A stretch of 39,711 nucleotides of DNA. Source: a virus. Its lineage: Duplodnaviria; Caudoviricetes. The DNA lies in the IMG/VR virus record IMGVR_UViG_3300022177_000079, positions 1-39,711 of that record, one strand, 5' to 3'. The translations under genes and the position numbers were made by a program. Below, piece after piece: positions 27,354-35,160 of the stretch. The notes under the pieces are model-generated. The model did no database searches, was not told the DNA's origin, and was given only the letters and a program-made list of their open reading frames with translations. Position 1 is the stretch's first letter. Every line of letters begins with the position of its first letter.

Positions 27354-27378
27354 GGGCGGCCTTCGGGTCGCCCTTTTT
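27354..27378 (+). terminator. Rho-independent terminator of cassette 2
   Basis: GGGCGGCC-TTCG-GGTCGCCC-TTTTT. Confidence 0.92.
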
Positions 27379-27512
27379 CGTGTCCGAAAATGTGCACATG
27401 GAGAGACACCCTCCTGCGCTCTAGGCTCGTATGTGCGGCGGCTGGGGGGCAACCTCCCTCCTCCCGGTCCTCCGGCCGCCGCCAGTATGAGAGGCGAATC
27501 AGGAGGATGCAT

Positions 27513-27977
27513 GTGCGGTTGGTTATCATTGCTCTTACGGTCTTATTGGTATGCCTGGTTGGATGCGCGGCGGACGCGGCACTACGCGCGTGCCCGGCTT
27601 ACGGAGCGCGACAGGTGGGGAAACCCGTCCCCGGTCACGTCTGCTCCACCTGCCGAGGCCTACCAGCTTGTGCCCGGCAGTGGTGCCCGGCGGTCAGACA
27701 CTATTGGGGCCGCTGGGTGCGCAAGTACAAGCACCGGCGTCTCACACGTACAGAGTCGCGGCGCGCCCTGCGTGTCATCTACGGTGAGTCACGTGGCAGG
27801 GCTTGGGCCTGCAACTCACGGACTGGCTGCACGGGTCTATTTCAACTGCTGCCCGGTCACTCGCGCGGAATCTACAACCTCAGACACGGAGCCACCAACA
27901 TCTCATTAGCGGGTCAGTTGTATGTGCGGTTGGGCTGGCGACCGTGGCCGTGGACGAAAGCACTGGGGTGGTGGTGA
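27513..27977 (+). CDS. Secreted/lipoprotein lytic transglycosylase (SLT-like)
   Basis: AGGAGG then GTG 27513; signal peptide with LVGC lipobox; ES, GLFQ and GWRPW motifs. Confidence 0.8.
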   Translation: MRLVIIALTVLLVCLVGCAADAALRACPAYGARQVGKPVPGHVCSTCRGLPACARQWCPAVRHYWGRWVRKYKHRRLTRTESRRALRVIYGESRGRAWACNSRTGCTGLFQLLPGHSRGIYNLRHGATNISLAGQLYVRLGWRPWPWTKALGWW

Positions 27978-27979
27978 CC

Positions 27980-28273
27980 ATGATCGCCCTTATCGCTATC
28001 GGCAGCTTCACCGCGGGCGCTCTGACCGTCGTCGCTTGGGCTATTTGCCGCGCCGGATCGCTAGCTGACGAATGGATGCAGACACTAGAGGACGCGAGCA
28101 AAACCGCATCTGAGGCCTTGTCTATCTCCGTGCCCGAGTTCTCGCGGCGTACGGGGATCTCCGAGAGCACGGTAAGGCATCGCTGTCTGCGCGGGGTCTA
28201 TGACGCGGACAAGCCTAAGGGCCGCTGGGAGATATCAATCAAGGAGCTAGAGAGAGCGCAGGAGGAACATTGA
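27980..28273 (+). CDS. Membrane-anchored HTH_17/excisionase-like protein
   Basis: N-terminal hydrophobic helix; ISVPEFSRRTGISESTVRHRC...GRWEI. Confidence 0.65.
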   Translation: MIALIAIGSFTAGALTVVAWAICRAGSLADEWMQTLEDASKTASEALSISVPEFSRRTGISESTVRHRCLRGVYDADKPKGRWEISIKELERAQEEH

Positions 28274-28608
28274 GCACGTTAGAGATCGTCAACCTTATCG
28301 CTGCAATCATCGTGGCCGCACCGGCCTCAATCGTCATCGCGCAAGGTCTCAAGCGCTCGAGCTGGCCGGGCGGGGTGAAGGCGGTGCTGGCTCTCGCCGT
28401 CTGTCTCGGAGTGGGGATCGCGCAGACCTGGATCGCGGGCGACCTGCTGGGGCTCATCCGTAGCTGGGGCGAGCTTACGGCAGCGGATGTGATCGCGTGG
28501 GCAGGTGTCGTGTGGGCGGCAGCGCAGATTGAGTATCATGCCTTCTTCGCCGACTTTCCCTGGATGCTGAAGCTCGGTGAGTGGCCGGATCGCGGACTAG
28601 ACGACTAG
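28270..28608 (+). CDS. Holin-like membrane protein
   Basis: AGGAGG RBS, TTG start; about three hydrophobic segments with KRSSWP..VKAVLAL. Confidence 0.7.
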   Translation: MSTLEIVNLIAAIIVAAPASIVIAQGLKRSSWPGGVKAVLALAVCLGVGIAQTWIAGDLLGLIRSWGELTAADVIAWAGVVWAAAQIEYHAFFADFPWMLKLGEWPDRGLDD

Positions 28609-28617
28609 CCTCCCTCA

Positions 28618-28683
28618 AGGCCAGTACCCCCCCCGCTGGCCTACCTCGCGCCCCTGCCGTCCCCCCTCTCGCGGCAGGGGCGC
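28618..28683 (+). ncRNA. Double hairpin with C-rich loops (6C-RNA-like sRNA and/or bidirectional terminator)
   Basis: AGGCCAG-TA(C8)G-CTGGCCT and GCGCCCCTGCCG-T(C6)TCTCG-CGGCAGGGGCGC between convergent genes. Confidence 0.45.
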
Positions 28684-28699
28684 TCCACTTGCGTCAGAA

Positions 28700-29059
28700 T
28701 TACTGCGCGTCATACTCAGGTGCTGAGGATACTTGCTCTGAACGATCGATATGGCGATAGATCGCCCGAAAGACCGCGGTGACGCCGACAAAAGCCATGC
28801 CACCGATAGCCAGGCCGCCGATCACGAGAGCCCATATCGGCGGGATCGTCTTATACGACGCTGGCCAGTACTCGTATTGCAGGATGGCTAGGGCGACGAT
28901 GCAGATGAGCACGGACAGTAGGGCGACGAAGATCACGGGCAGGCGGCTCCGTGGACGTCGCTCTTTCACCACGGGTGCCACCGATGCAGCGGGCGCCGCA
29001 CACTCCGGGCAGAACCGCGCTCCATCCGGGAGCTCGTGGGCGCAGCGGGTACAGTACAT
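28700..29059 (-). CDS. Zinc-ribbon membrane protein (true start ATG 29059)
   Basis: MYCTRC...ARFCPEC plus two TM helices; AAAGGAG RBS; the only convincing minus-strand gene. Confidence 0.85.
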   Translation of the reverse strand: MYCTRCAHELPDGARFCPECAAPAASVAPVVKERRPRSRLPVIFVALLSVLICIVALAILQYEYWPASYKTIPPIWALVIGGLAIGGMAFVGVTAVFRAIYRHIDRSEQVSSAPEYDAQ

Positions 29060-29123
29060 GGCGCGCGCTCCTTTCGTTGGGCTCCCGATCATACTAGCCC
29101 ACACCGCGGACAGCACAAGCACA

Positions 29124-29137
29124 CGAACGAATGTTCG
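29124..29137. promoter_or_regulatory. LexA (SOS/Cheo) box
   Basis: CGAACGAATGTTCG is a perfect CGAAC-N4-GTTCG in a divergent intergenic region. Confidence 0.75.
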
Positions 29138-29188
29138 CTTTCCGTCCCAGGGCTGTGGTAGCGTACGCGACATGTTCCCGTGCGCCTC

Positions 29189-29217
29189 TTCACACCCAGG
29201 CGACCCAACGGTAGAAT
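29189..29217 (+). promoter_or_regulatory. Promoter for a leaderless HTH gene
   Basis: TTCACA-N17-TAGAAT; ATG 6 nt downstream. Confidence 0.65.
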
Positions 29218-29223
29218 TAGGAC

Positions 29224-29433
29224 ATGAGCGAGCGACGGTTTTTGACAACGACCCAAGCGGCCTCCTGGCTGCGCGAGCACTACAACATGCCCGCCGGGGC
29301 GCACACCGTGCGTCGGGCGGCGAAGAGCGGTGAGCTGGTCCCGCACAAGCGGCGGGACGATGGTTGGAATTACTTCTCCCGAGAGCGTCTCGCGGAGTTC
29401 GCCGCGAGACGAGGATTCGAGCGAGTTAGCTAG
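29224..29433 (+). CDS. MerR/HTH_17-like small DNA-binding protein (Xis- or Cro-like)
   Basis: FLTTTQAASWL...TVRRAAKSGEL...GWNYFSRERL. Confidence 0.75.
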   Translation: MSERRFLTTTQAASWLREHYNMPAGAHTVRRAAKSGELVPHKRRDDGWNYFSRERLAEFAARRGFERVS

Positions 29434-29438
29434 AATAC

Positions 29439-29467
29439 TTGACACATTGAGGCGCGAGGCATAGGAT
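29439..29467 (+). promoter_or_regulatory. Early-operon promoter
   Basis: TTGACA-N17-TAGGAT. Confidence 0.8.
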
Positions 29468-29543
29468 GCACAGGACAGCTAATCGCGGACGGAAAGGAGC
29501 TTGTGTACTAACCCGCTAACCCCCTTGAGAGGGAGGAGGACCT

Positions 29544-29897
29544 TTGAGGCCCCAAAGAAAGTGGGCCGCCTCCGTTGCCACGGAGACGACCCCGGCAGAC
29601 AGCAGAGAGTCCCAGAATCACCCAAAACCCCGAGCCGTTGCCGTTGCTGATAGTACCACGAAACGGCCGCAGGCCAACAAGTTAGCCTCAAAACCGTTGG
29701 CGTTTTGGCGGCCGTTTGTGCGAGTCGTCGCTACGGCCGTGCTCGTGGCCTGCATTGCCGGTGCCCTCGTCATCCCCACCGCCGCCGTCGGATTCGGCGT
29801 CTGGATGAGCGACGCGCACCCGCTCTGGTTCCCGGTCTACCTGGTCGCGATCCTCGCCATCGCCGGTGGCTTTCTCTGGCGGGAGGTCCGGCGATGA
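29544..29897 (+). CDS. Membrane protein, first gene of the early operon
   Basis: GGAGGAGG RBS, TTG start; two C-terminal TM segments. Confidence 0.65.
   Translation: MRPQRKWAASVATETTPADSRESQNHPKPRAVAVADSTTKRPQANKLASKPLAFWRPFVRVVATAVLVACIAGALVIPTAAVGFGVWMSDAHPLWFPVYLVAILAIAGGFLWREVRR
29553..29643 (-). ncRNA. Putative antisense small RNA (about 90 nt)
   Basis: Minus-strand extended -10 TGGTACTAT (29658-29650); terminator hairpin 29563-29592 whose two + strand C-A mismatches are G-U on the minus strand, followed by CTTTCTTT. Confidence 0.6.
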
Positions 29898-30088
29898 GCA
29901 GCTTCCCGCAGTTCACACTCACCAAAGACGGCGAGGCGACCGAGGGCGTCTGTCGCGGGTGCGGCACATACTGCTCGCTGCCCCTGACGGTCGCCTATCC
30001 GGATAAGAGCACCATTGGCCGCTTCTGCTCGATCCTCTGCTGGTACGGATACGAGCTACGGTCGCGGACAGGAGGTGAGGCGGCATGA
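29894..30088 (+). CDS. Small Cys-rich protein
   Basis: GGAGG RBS, ATGA coupling, CRGC...FCSILC. Confidence 0.6.
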   Translation: MSSFPQFTLTKDGEATEGVCRGCGTYCSLPLTVAYPDKSTIGRFCSILCWYGYELRSRTGGEAA

Positions 30089-30417
30089 GCGCCCTCGACC
30101 CCGGCTACGAAATCCCCTGCGATACCTGCGGCGAGATGCGTGACACCCCGGTCGGACCCGTGGACATTGACCCGCCGTACTCCTTCTGCGGTGCTAGAGA
30201 CTGCCCCGTGGATGTGCGCTGTCTGCGTGAGCTGGAGGCACAGGAGAAGCTGGCGCGCGAGTACCTATCAGGTGCTATGCGTACCTGCACGGTGCGCCGC
30301 CCGGATCTCCTCACAGTCCTCTCCGAGACGCTGGCCGAAGCGCTCTCGATCCACTACTGCGAAGCACATGTCGGCTATGACGCTCTGCTGGCGCGACTGA
30401 CGAGGGAGGCGGCATGA
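30085..30417 (+). CDS. Hypothetical Cys-containing protein
   Basis: RBS and ATGA coupling. Confidence 0.6.
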   Translation: MSALDPGYEIPCDTCGEMRDTPVGPVDIDPPYSFCGARDCPVDVRCLRELEAQEKLAREYLSGAMRTCTVRRPDLLTVLSETLAEALSIHYCEAHVGYDALLARLTREAA

Positions 30418-30623
30418 ACGAGCCCGTCTACCTCTTCCAATTCTCCAACGGGCTCGTCGATGTTTCCACCTACGCGGGAAACCTTGAGGCTGCCAAACGC
30501 AGCGCGTTGATCGCCTGCGAGATGATGACGCGGCAGCTTGACCGTGAGCTTGACCGTGAGGGCTCCGATCTCCTTACCGGGATGAGGCTCGTCACGCCCG
30601 TGGAGATTAGGGAGGCCTCATGA
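30414..30623 (+). CDS. Hypothetical protein
   Basis: GGAGG RBS and ATGA coupling. Confidence 0.6.
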   Translation: MNEPVYLFQFSNGLVDVSTYAGNLEAAKRSALIACEMMTRQLDRELDREGSDLLTGMRLVTPVEIREAS

Positions 30624-31246
30624 CCATCTACAAGACCCTCAACGGCACGGCTGGCGCGTACGGCTACGGCTGCTGGTCTCTGCCGACGCTCAACCCAGAC
30701 GGCACGTATACACCCGGCGAATGGATGGTGCCCGTCAAACCTGCCTTGTGTGAGTCTGGCTATCACTGCTGTCGCAATCTCCCCGAGGTCGTCATCCACC
30801 TGGCCTCCGAGATTTACGAGCTGGAACCAGCCGATCTGGAGACCACCATGCGGATCGCCCGCGAGTACGAGATCGAGTGGGACCCCTCATGGCCTATCGT
30901 CCACAAGGGCGATGACAAGATCGTCTATGCCTGCGCTCGGCTGACACGCCGCCTCTGGGCCGATACCTGGACGCCAGAGGCGCAGGCGCTCTTTGCCATT
31001 GACTGCACTCGTATGGCCGCCGACCTCGCTCCCGGCCTAGAGCTGACCCACACCTGCTTGAGCTTCGCGGCGGTTCGGGCGGCGTTGGCGGCTCGGGATG
31101 CGATTTGGGCGGCTCGGGAGGCGGCCTTGGCGGTCCGGGCGGCGGCTCGGGAGGCGGAGTGGATTGCCTTATCCCGGCAGACCGCCCTCCTTGAGCGCTA
31201 TCTAGCCGGTGAGCAAGGGCCGCTGGTTGAGAGGGAGGCCTCATGA
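30620..31246 (+). CDS. Hypothetical phage protein with Ala/Arg low-complexity repeats
   Basis: YKTL..WSLP..PGEW..CESGYHCC N-terminal domain; AAR(D/E)A repeats near 31069-31158. Confidence 0.7.
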   Translation: MTIYKTLNGTAGAYGYGCWSLPTLNPDGTYTPGEWMVPVKPALCESGYHCCRNLPEVVIHLASEIYELEPADLETTMRIAREYEIEWDPSWPIVHKGDDKIVYACARLTRRLWADTWTPEAQALFAIDCTRMAADLAPGLELTHTCLSFAAVRAALAARDAIWAAREAALAVRAAAREAEWIALSRQTALLERYLAGEQGPLVEREAS

Positions 31247-31440
31247 CTCGCAGACTCCGCTCCCCACTTGTGCGCTACACCATGCAAGCACAGGCCATCG
31301 GTCAGAGCTTCGCGACGGTGGAGGTTGTGGCGCGCGGCCGGAAAGAGGCGATGCGACTAGCGCGGCGCGACCAGCGTTTCCGCTGGGCTTGCGAGCACGG
31401 GGCCGTGCCGCGCGTGATCGACGAGGAGGTTGTGGCGTGA
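31243..31440 (+). CDS. Hypothetical protein
   Basis: GGAGG RBS and coupling at both ends. Confidence 0.55.
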   Translation: MTRRLRSPLVRYTMQAQAIGQSFATVEVVARGRKEAMRLARRDQRFRWACEHGAVPRVIDEEVVA

Positions 31441-32258
31441 GCGCTTACGCCGACTACGCCGCCGTCCCCGCCGTCAACTGGACGACGCTCAAGGAGATGC
31501 GTAAGTCCCCGGCGCACTATCGCTGGCGCGTCGAGCATCCCCTAGCCGACACACCACGTCTCGCGCTGGGACGCGCGGTCCATACAGCGGTCCTGGAGCC
31601 CGACCGATTCCCGCTTGAGTGCGTGGTCTTCGACGGAGCGAGGCGCGCGGGCAAGGCCTGGGATGAATTCGCGGCCGTTAACGCCGGTCGCCGGAACTGC
31701 ACGATCCTGCGGGCGGATGAGTATGAGACCTGCCTTGCGATCAGGGATGCGGTGCGAGGCAACCCCGACGCCGCCGCACTACTTACCAGCGGCCGCGCTG
31801 AAGTGCCGCTCACCTGGACGGACAAGACCACCGGGCTTGCCTGCAAGTGCCGTGTGGATTGGGTCGGCGACGCGCACGTGGAGCTCAAGACCACGGCCAG
31901 TACCGACGCGCGGATATTCGGCGCCCTGTCCGCCCGCATGGGCTACCACTGCCAGATAGCGATGCAGCGTATGGGGCTGCTCGCATGCGACCTAGACATA
32001 CCCTCATACCTCGTCGCCGTCGAGGCCGAACCCCCCTACGATATCGGCGTCTTTGAGCTAGACGACGACACACTCTATGCCGGTGAGGAAGAGGTATACG
32101 AGCTACTAAGACGTGTGGATGAATGTACCAAGAAAGACCACTGGCCTGGTCGCTATGAGGGAACACGGAAGCTACAGCTCCCGGCATGGATATTTGCCGG
32201 TGAGGAAAGTGAGTATGAGATTATGGGTCTTGTGCCTGCTAAAGGGAGGGCCGCATAG
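31437..32258 (+). CDS. RecE / exonuclease VIII-like PD-(D/E)XK nuclease (DUF3799-like; true start GTG 31437)
   Basis: KSPAHY, LGRAVHTAVLEP, CKCRVDW...VELKTT, GYHCQIA, VAVEAEPPY. Confidence 0.88.
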   Translation: MSAYADYAAVPAVNWTTLKEMRKSPAHYRWRVEHPLADTPRLALGRAVHTAVLEPDRFPLECVVFDGARRAGKAWDEFAAVNAGRRNCTILRADEYETCLAIRDAVRGNPDAAALLTSGRAEVPLTWTDKTTGLACKCRVDWVGDAHVELKTTASTDARIFGALSARMGYHCQIAMQRMGLLACDLDIPSYLVAVEAEPPYDIGVFELDDDTLYAGEEEVYELLRRVDECTKKDHWPGRYEGTRKLQLPAWIFAGEESEYEIMGLVPAKGRAA

Positions 32259-33025
32259 TGGGTCTTTCATACGATCAATTATTCCCTGGTAGGTTTATTA
32301 AAGCCGGGGAGTTCAGCGGCAAACAAGTCACGATGACAATCAAGGCTGTATTCCTTGACGAGCTGGAGAAGGAGGACTCTACCACACACACCACACCTAT
32401 CGTTACATTCGAGGAGACAACAAGACAGTGGGTATTGATCAAGACAAACGCACAGTGCTTGGTCGCCATGTGGGGGCCGGAGACGGATAACTGGGTCGGC
32501 AAGCGCGTCACTCTCTACCCTGAGAGAGACGCCAGCGGGCTCTCCGACTCGGGTCTGTGTATCCGAGTCAAGGGCTCACCCGATATCGACGCGCCGGTAA
32601 CAGCGACGATCAAGCTCCCTCGTCGTCGGCCACAGACACGTCGTCTCGTGCCGACCAAGCAAGGCAAGAGCGAGACCCCACCCCAGCCCGACACAGACAC
32701 CGGCGAGTACTGGCCGCTGGAGCCGGGCGAGCCCCCCTTCTCAGTCGACGGCAACGGAGAGGTAACAGACGCGGCTGAGCCCGAGTCCGAGGAGCCCCGC
32801 CCGGTCATGGCGACAGGCAATCCCAAGGCCTCACAGCGCCAGCTCGCAAGGATCGGCGTCCTAATGGGCGAGCGCGATATCGACGCCAAGTCGGTGCAGC
32901 GCTGGATGTATAACCAGTGGGAGATCACGTCGCGGGCACAGCTTGATAACGACCAGGCCGGGCAACTAATCGAGCACCTTACTGGCCTGCCGATGCGACC
33001 GGGCAAACTTGACGGGGTGGCGTGA
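32258..33025 (+). CDS. Putative ssDNA-binding / annealing protein
   Basis: FPGRFIKA...LIKTNA...DNWVGKRVTLY N-terminal domain next to the RecE-like gene; acidic Pro-rich linker. Confidence 0.6.
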   Translation: MGLSYDQLFPGRFIKAGEFSGKQVTMTIKAVFLDELEKEDSTTHTTPIVTFEETTRQWVLIKTNAQCLVAMWGPETDNWVGKRVTLYPERDASGLSDSGLCIRVKGSPDIDAPVTATIKLPRRRPQTRRLVPTKQGKSETPPQPDTDTGEYWPLEPGEPPFSVDGNGEVTDAAEPESEEPRPVMATGNPKASQRQLARIGVLMGERDIDAKSVQRWMYNQWEITSRAQLDNDQAGQLIEHLTGLPMRPGKLDGVA

Positions 33026-33342
33026 TGGGGGCCGAGGCAACTAATCCCACTATCCCGCCACGGGCCGCTGAGTGGTTAGCTCGCGGGATAGTGACGTTTC
33101 CAGAGGCGCTGGAGTTCCTTGGCCCGCAGCGGACAGCGGGGTATCCGCAGGGGCGTCAATACATGATGAGGATTGCCAAACTGCAGGAGCGTAACCTAAT
33201 CGATACCATTAAGATAAGACCTCAACGAAAATGTACGGGAGAGTGGGCGGAGATACCATGCTATCAGTGTGGCGGTAAGCGGTTTGTGCGCACAGACTTG
33301 CTCGTGCCAATGTCCTACCCCGAAGTGCCATGGCCGGTTTGA
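33022..33342 (+). CDS. Hypothetical protein
   Basis: ORF overlapping both neighbours; CYQC. Confidence 0.5.
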   Translation: MMGAEATNPTIPPRAAEWLARGIVTFPEALEFLGPQRTAGYPQGRQYMMRIAKLQERNLIDTIKIRPQRKCTGEWAEIPCYQCGGKRFVRTDLLVPMSYPEVPWPV

Positions 33343-33845
33343 TGATGCGTGATGTTGCGACGATCCCCGTCGGACGACGTGGCCTAGTTGCCATCGTCGA
33401 CGCTTGGTTTGTCGACTACCTCTCGACACTTCGTTGGGCCGAGAAGTCCGATTACGGACGCATCTACGCACGCTGCACGACGACTGTGCGTGGTGCCCGA
33501 AAGAACACTCTCATGCACCGGCTTATCCTCGACGCCAAGCCTGGCGAGATTGTTGACCACATCAATCACAACACCCTCGACAACCGGCTCTGCAATCTGA
33601 GGATCGTCGACGCCTCTGAGAATCAGCGCAACCGCTACCGCAACCGCAAGGGCAGCTCTCGCTTCAAGGGCGTGAGCTACGCCGGCGGTCGGCGTGCCTG
33701 GTTGGCGCAGATTTGCCATAGGGGCCGTCGCTACCGTCTGGGGCGCTTCCTCACCGAGCAGGAGGCCGCTGCCGCTTATGACGCCGCCGCTCGTCTCCTA
33801 CATGGTCCCATGGCTAGGACCAACGACGTGGGGAGCCTCCCATGA
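33330..33845 (+). CDS. HNH endonuclease with AP2 domain
   Basis: MHRLIL...VDHINHNTLDNRLCNLR...EN..N; SSRFKGVS...LGRFLTEQEAAAAYD. Confidence 0.92.
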   Translation: MAGLMMRDVATIPVGRRGLVAIVDAWFVDYLSTLRWAEKSDYGRIYARCTTTVRGARKNTLMHRLILDAKPGEIVDHINHNTLDNRLCNLRIVDASENQRNRYRNRKGSSRFKGVSYAGGRRAWLAQICHRGRRYRLGRFLTEQEAAAAYDAAARLLHGPMARTNDVGSLP

Positions 33846-34969
33846 CGGCCAGCGTGGTCAGCCCAACACTCTTCGACGACGAGTGGTTTGGCCAGCTTAG
33901 CGACCGCGAGATGATCGTCTGGATAGGGATCTTCGGACGGCTACGCGACGACCAGGGCCGCTTCGTCGAAAATGCAGCCCTTGCACGAGCGCGGCTCTTC
34001 CCCTATCGCGATGTGCCGGTGCGAGATGTACAGATGGCCTTCGACCGTTTCGTCGGTGACGACCGACTGTATCGCTACCAGACAGCGGACGGCAAACAAG
34101 TCCTACAGATCGTCAACTGGTGGATCCACCAAAAACCGCAGTGGGCGTCCCCCTCAAAGTTGCCTCCACCCGAAGGCTGGACAGACCGCGTCCGGTACAG
34201 GCGGAATGGCTCCTATGAGGCTGTGAACTGGGACTCACCAGGAGGATTCACCCGAGATGATCAGCCGAACCATTCAGGTGAACCCTTCAGCCGAACCATT
34301 CAGGTGAACCATTCAGGTGAACCCTTCAGCTACGCGCGAGAACCAGAACCAGAATCAGATAAATCTCCTTCTACTCCATCCTTAAAGGTAGGTAGTAGAG
34401 ATAAGACACCCGACTCGAACAATCAGGCTCAAACGCTTGTGGAAAACTCCACATCCTGCTTAGCTCCACCGCCTGAACGGTCGAAGACAAAGGAGAAAAG
34501 GCACAAACCCCACACCTGCGACGAGGGCGAACCCTGTGAGGTACTGCGACTGCGCGGCGTCCGCAAGCTCGTCGCCGGCATCGACCCCACACACGCCGGG
34601 CAAGTCGAGAAGCCGGGCACATCTCTGGGCAGTGCACTAGCACGTCTGGCCGGGTATCTCTGCGAGTCCGCCCAAGACATCATGCCGGCGCTTGACCGCG
34701 AGCAACGTGAGCCGGCCTGTCGGCGCATGCTCCAGCGAGCCCTAGAGCGCATGGCGACCGCACATGCCAAGGCTCCAATCCGCATCCTGCCCAGATACGT
34801 CAACGGCTGTGTGAGCCGGGATTGTCTCGGCGACGTGATCGGTGACGACTTGCTTGAGGAGCTCCGGCGCGAGGCCAGTGCGCTCTACGGTGCCCGATCA
34901 CATCGCGAGGAGCCAGTATCGATGGGTGCGGCGCTGGCAACGATAGGGACCCGATTGGAGACCCCATGA
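33842..34969 (+). CDS. Phage replication initiator (replisome-organizer type)
   Basis: DDQGRF...LFPY...LQIVNWWIHQK...SKLPPP N-terminal domain; internal tandem repeats. Confidence 0.8.
   Translation: MTASVVSPTLFDDEWFGQLSDREMIVWIGIFGRLRDDQGRFVENAALARARLFPYRDVPVRDVQMAFDRFVGDDRLYRYQTADGKQVLQIVNWWIHQKPQWASPSKLPPPEGWTDRVRYRRNGSYEAVNWDSPGGFTRDDQPNHSGEPFSRTIQVNHSGEPFSYAREPEPESDKSPSTPSLKVGSRDKTPDSNNQAQTLVENSTSCLAPPPERSKTKEKRHKPHTCDEGEPCEVLRLRGVRKLVAGIDPTHAGQVEKPGTSLGSALARLAGYLCESAQDIMPALDREQREPACRRMLQRALERMATAHAKAPIRILPRYVNGCVSRDCLGDVIGDDLLEELRREASALYGARSHREEPVSMGAALATIGTRLETP
34261..34330. repeat. Five tandem 13-bp iterons, putative origin of replication
   Basis: TCAG(CC/GT)GAACC(A/C)T at 34261, 34274, 34287, 34300 and 34313, followed by an A-rich stretch. 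Confidence 0.85.
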
Positions 34970-35160
34970 CCACCCCCCGTTTCATCCGGCTGACGCTGTC
35001 AGGCAACCACCGCCGCATCGCCGTCAACGTGACGGCGATAGACGTGGTCACAGTCATTGCTGGCTGCGCCGTCATCACCCTGCACAGTGACCCCGACTCC
35101 GAGGTTACAGTCGCCGAGCCCTTCGACGAAGTGCTGCGCCTCATAGAGGAGGAGACATGA
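34966..35160 (+). CDS. Small beta-rich hypothetical protein
   Basis: FIRLT...IAVNVTAI...VAEPFDEVLRLI; coupled at both ends. Confidence 0.65.
   Translation: MTTPRFIRLTLSGNHRRIAVNVTAIDVVTVIAGCAVITLHSDPDSEVTVAEPFDEVLRLIEEET

Noticed and set aside
30536-30560. 12-bp tandem duplication GCTTGACCGTGA
   Set aside because: Simple in-frame slippage duplication with no sign of function
31069-31158. GCGGCTCGGG-type repeats
   Set aside because: Explained by Ala/Arg low-complexity coding sequence common in phage proteins
34261-34330. CRISPR array
   Set aside because: Units are 13 bp, contiguous, have no spacers and lie inside a coding gene; they fit iterons
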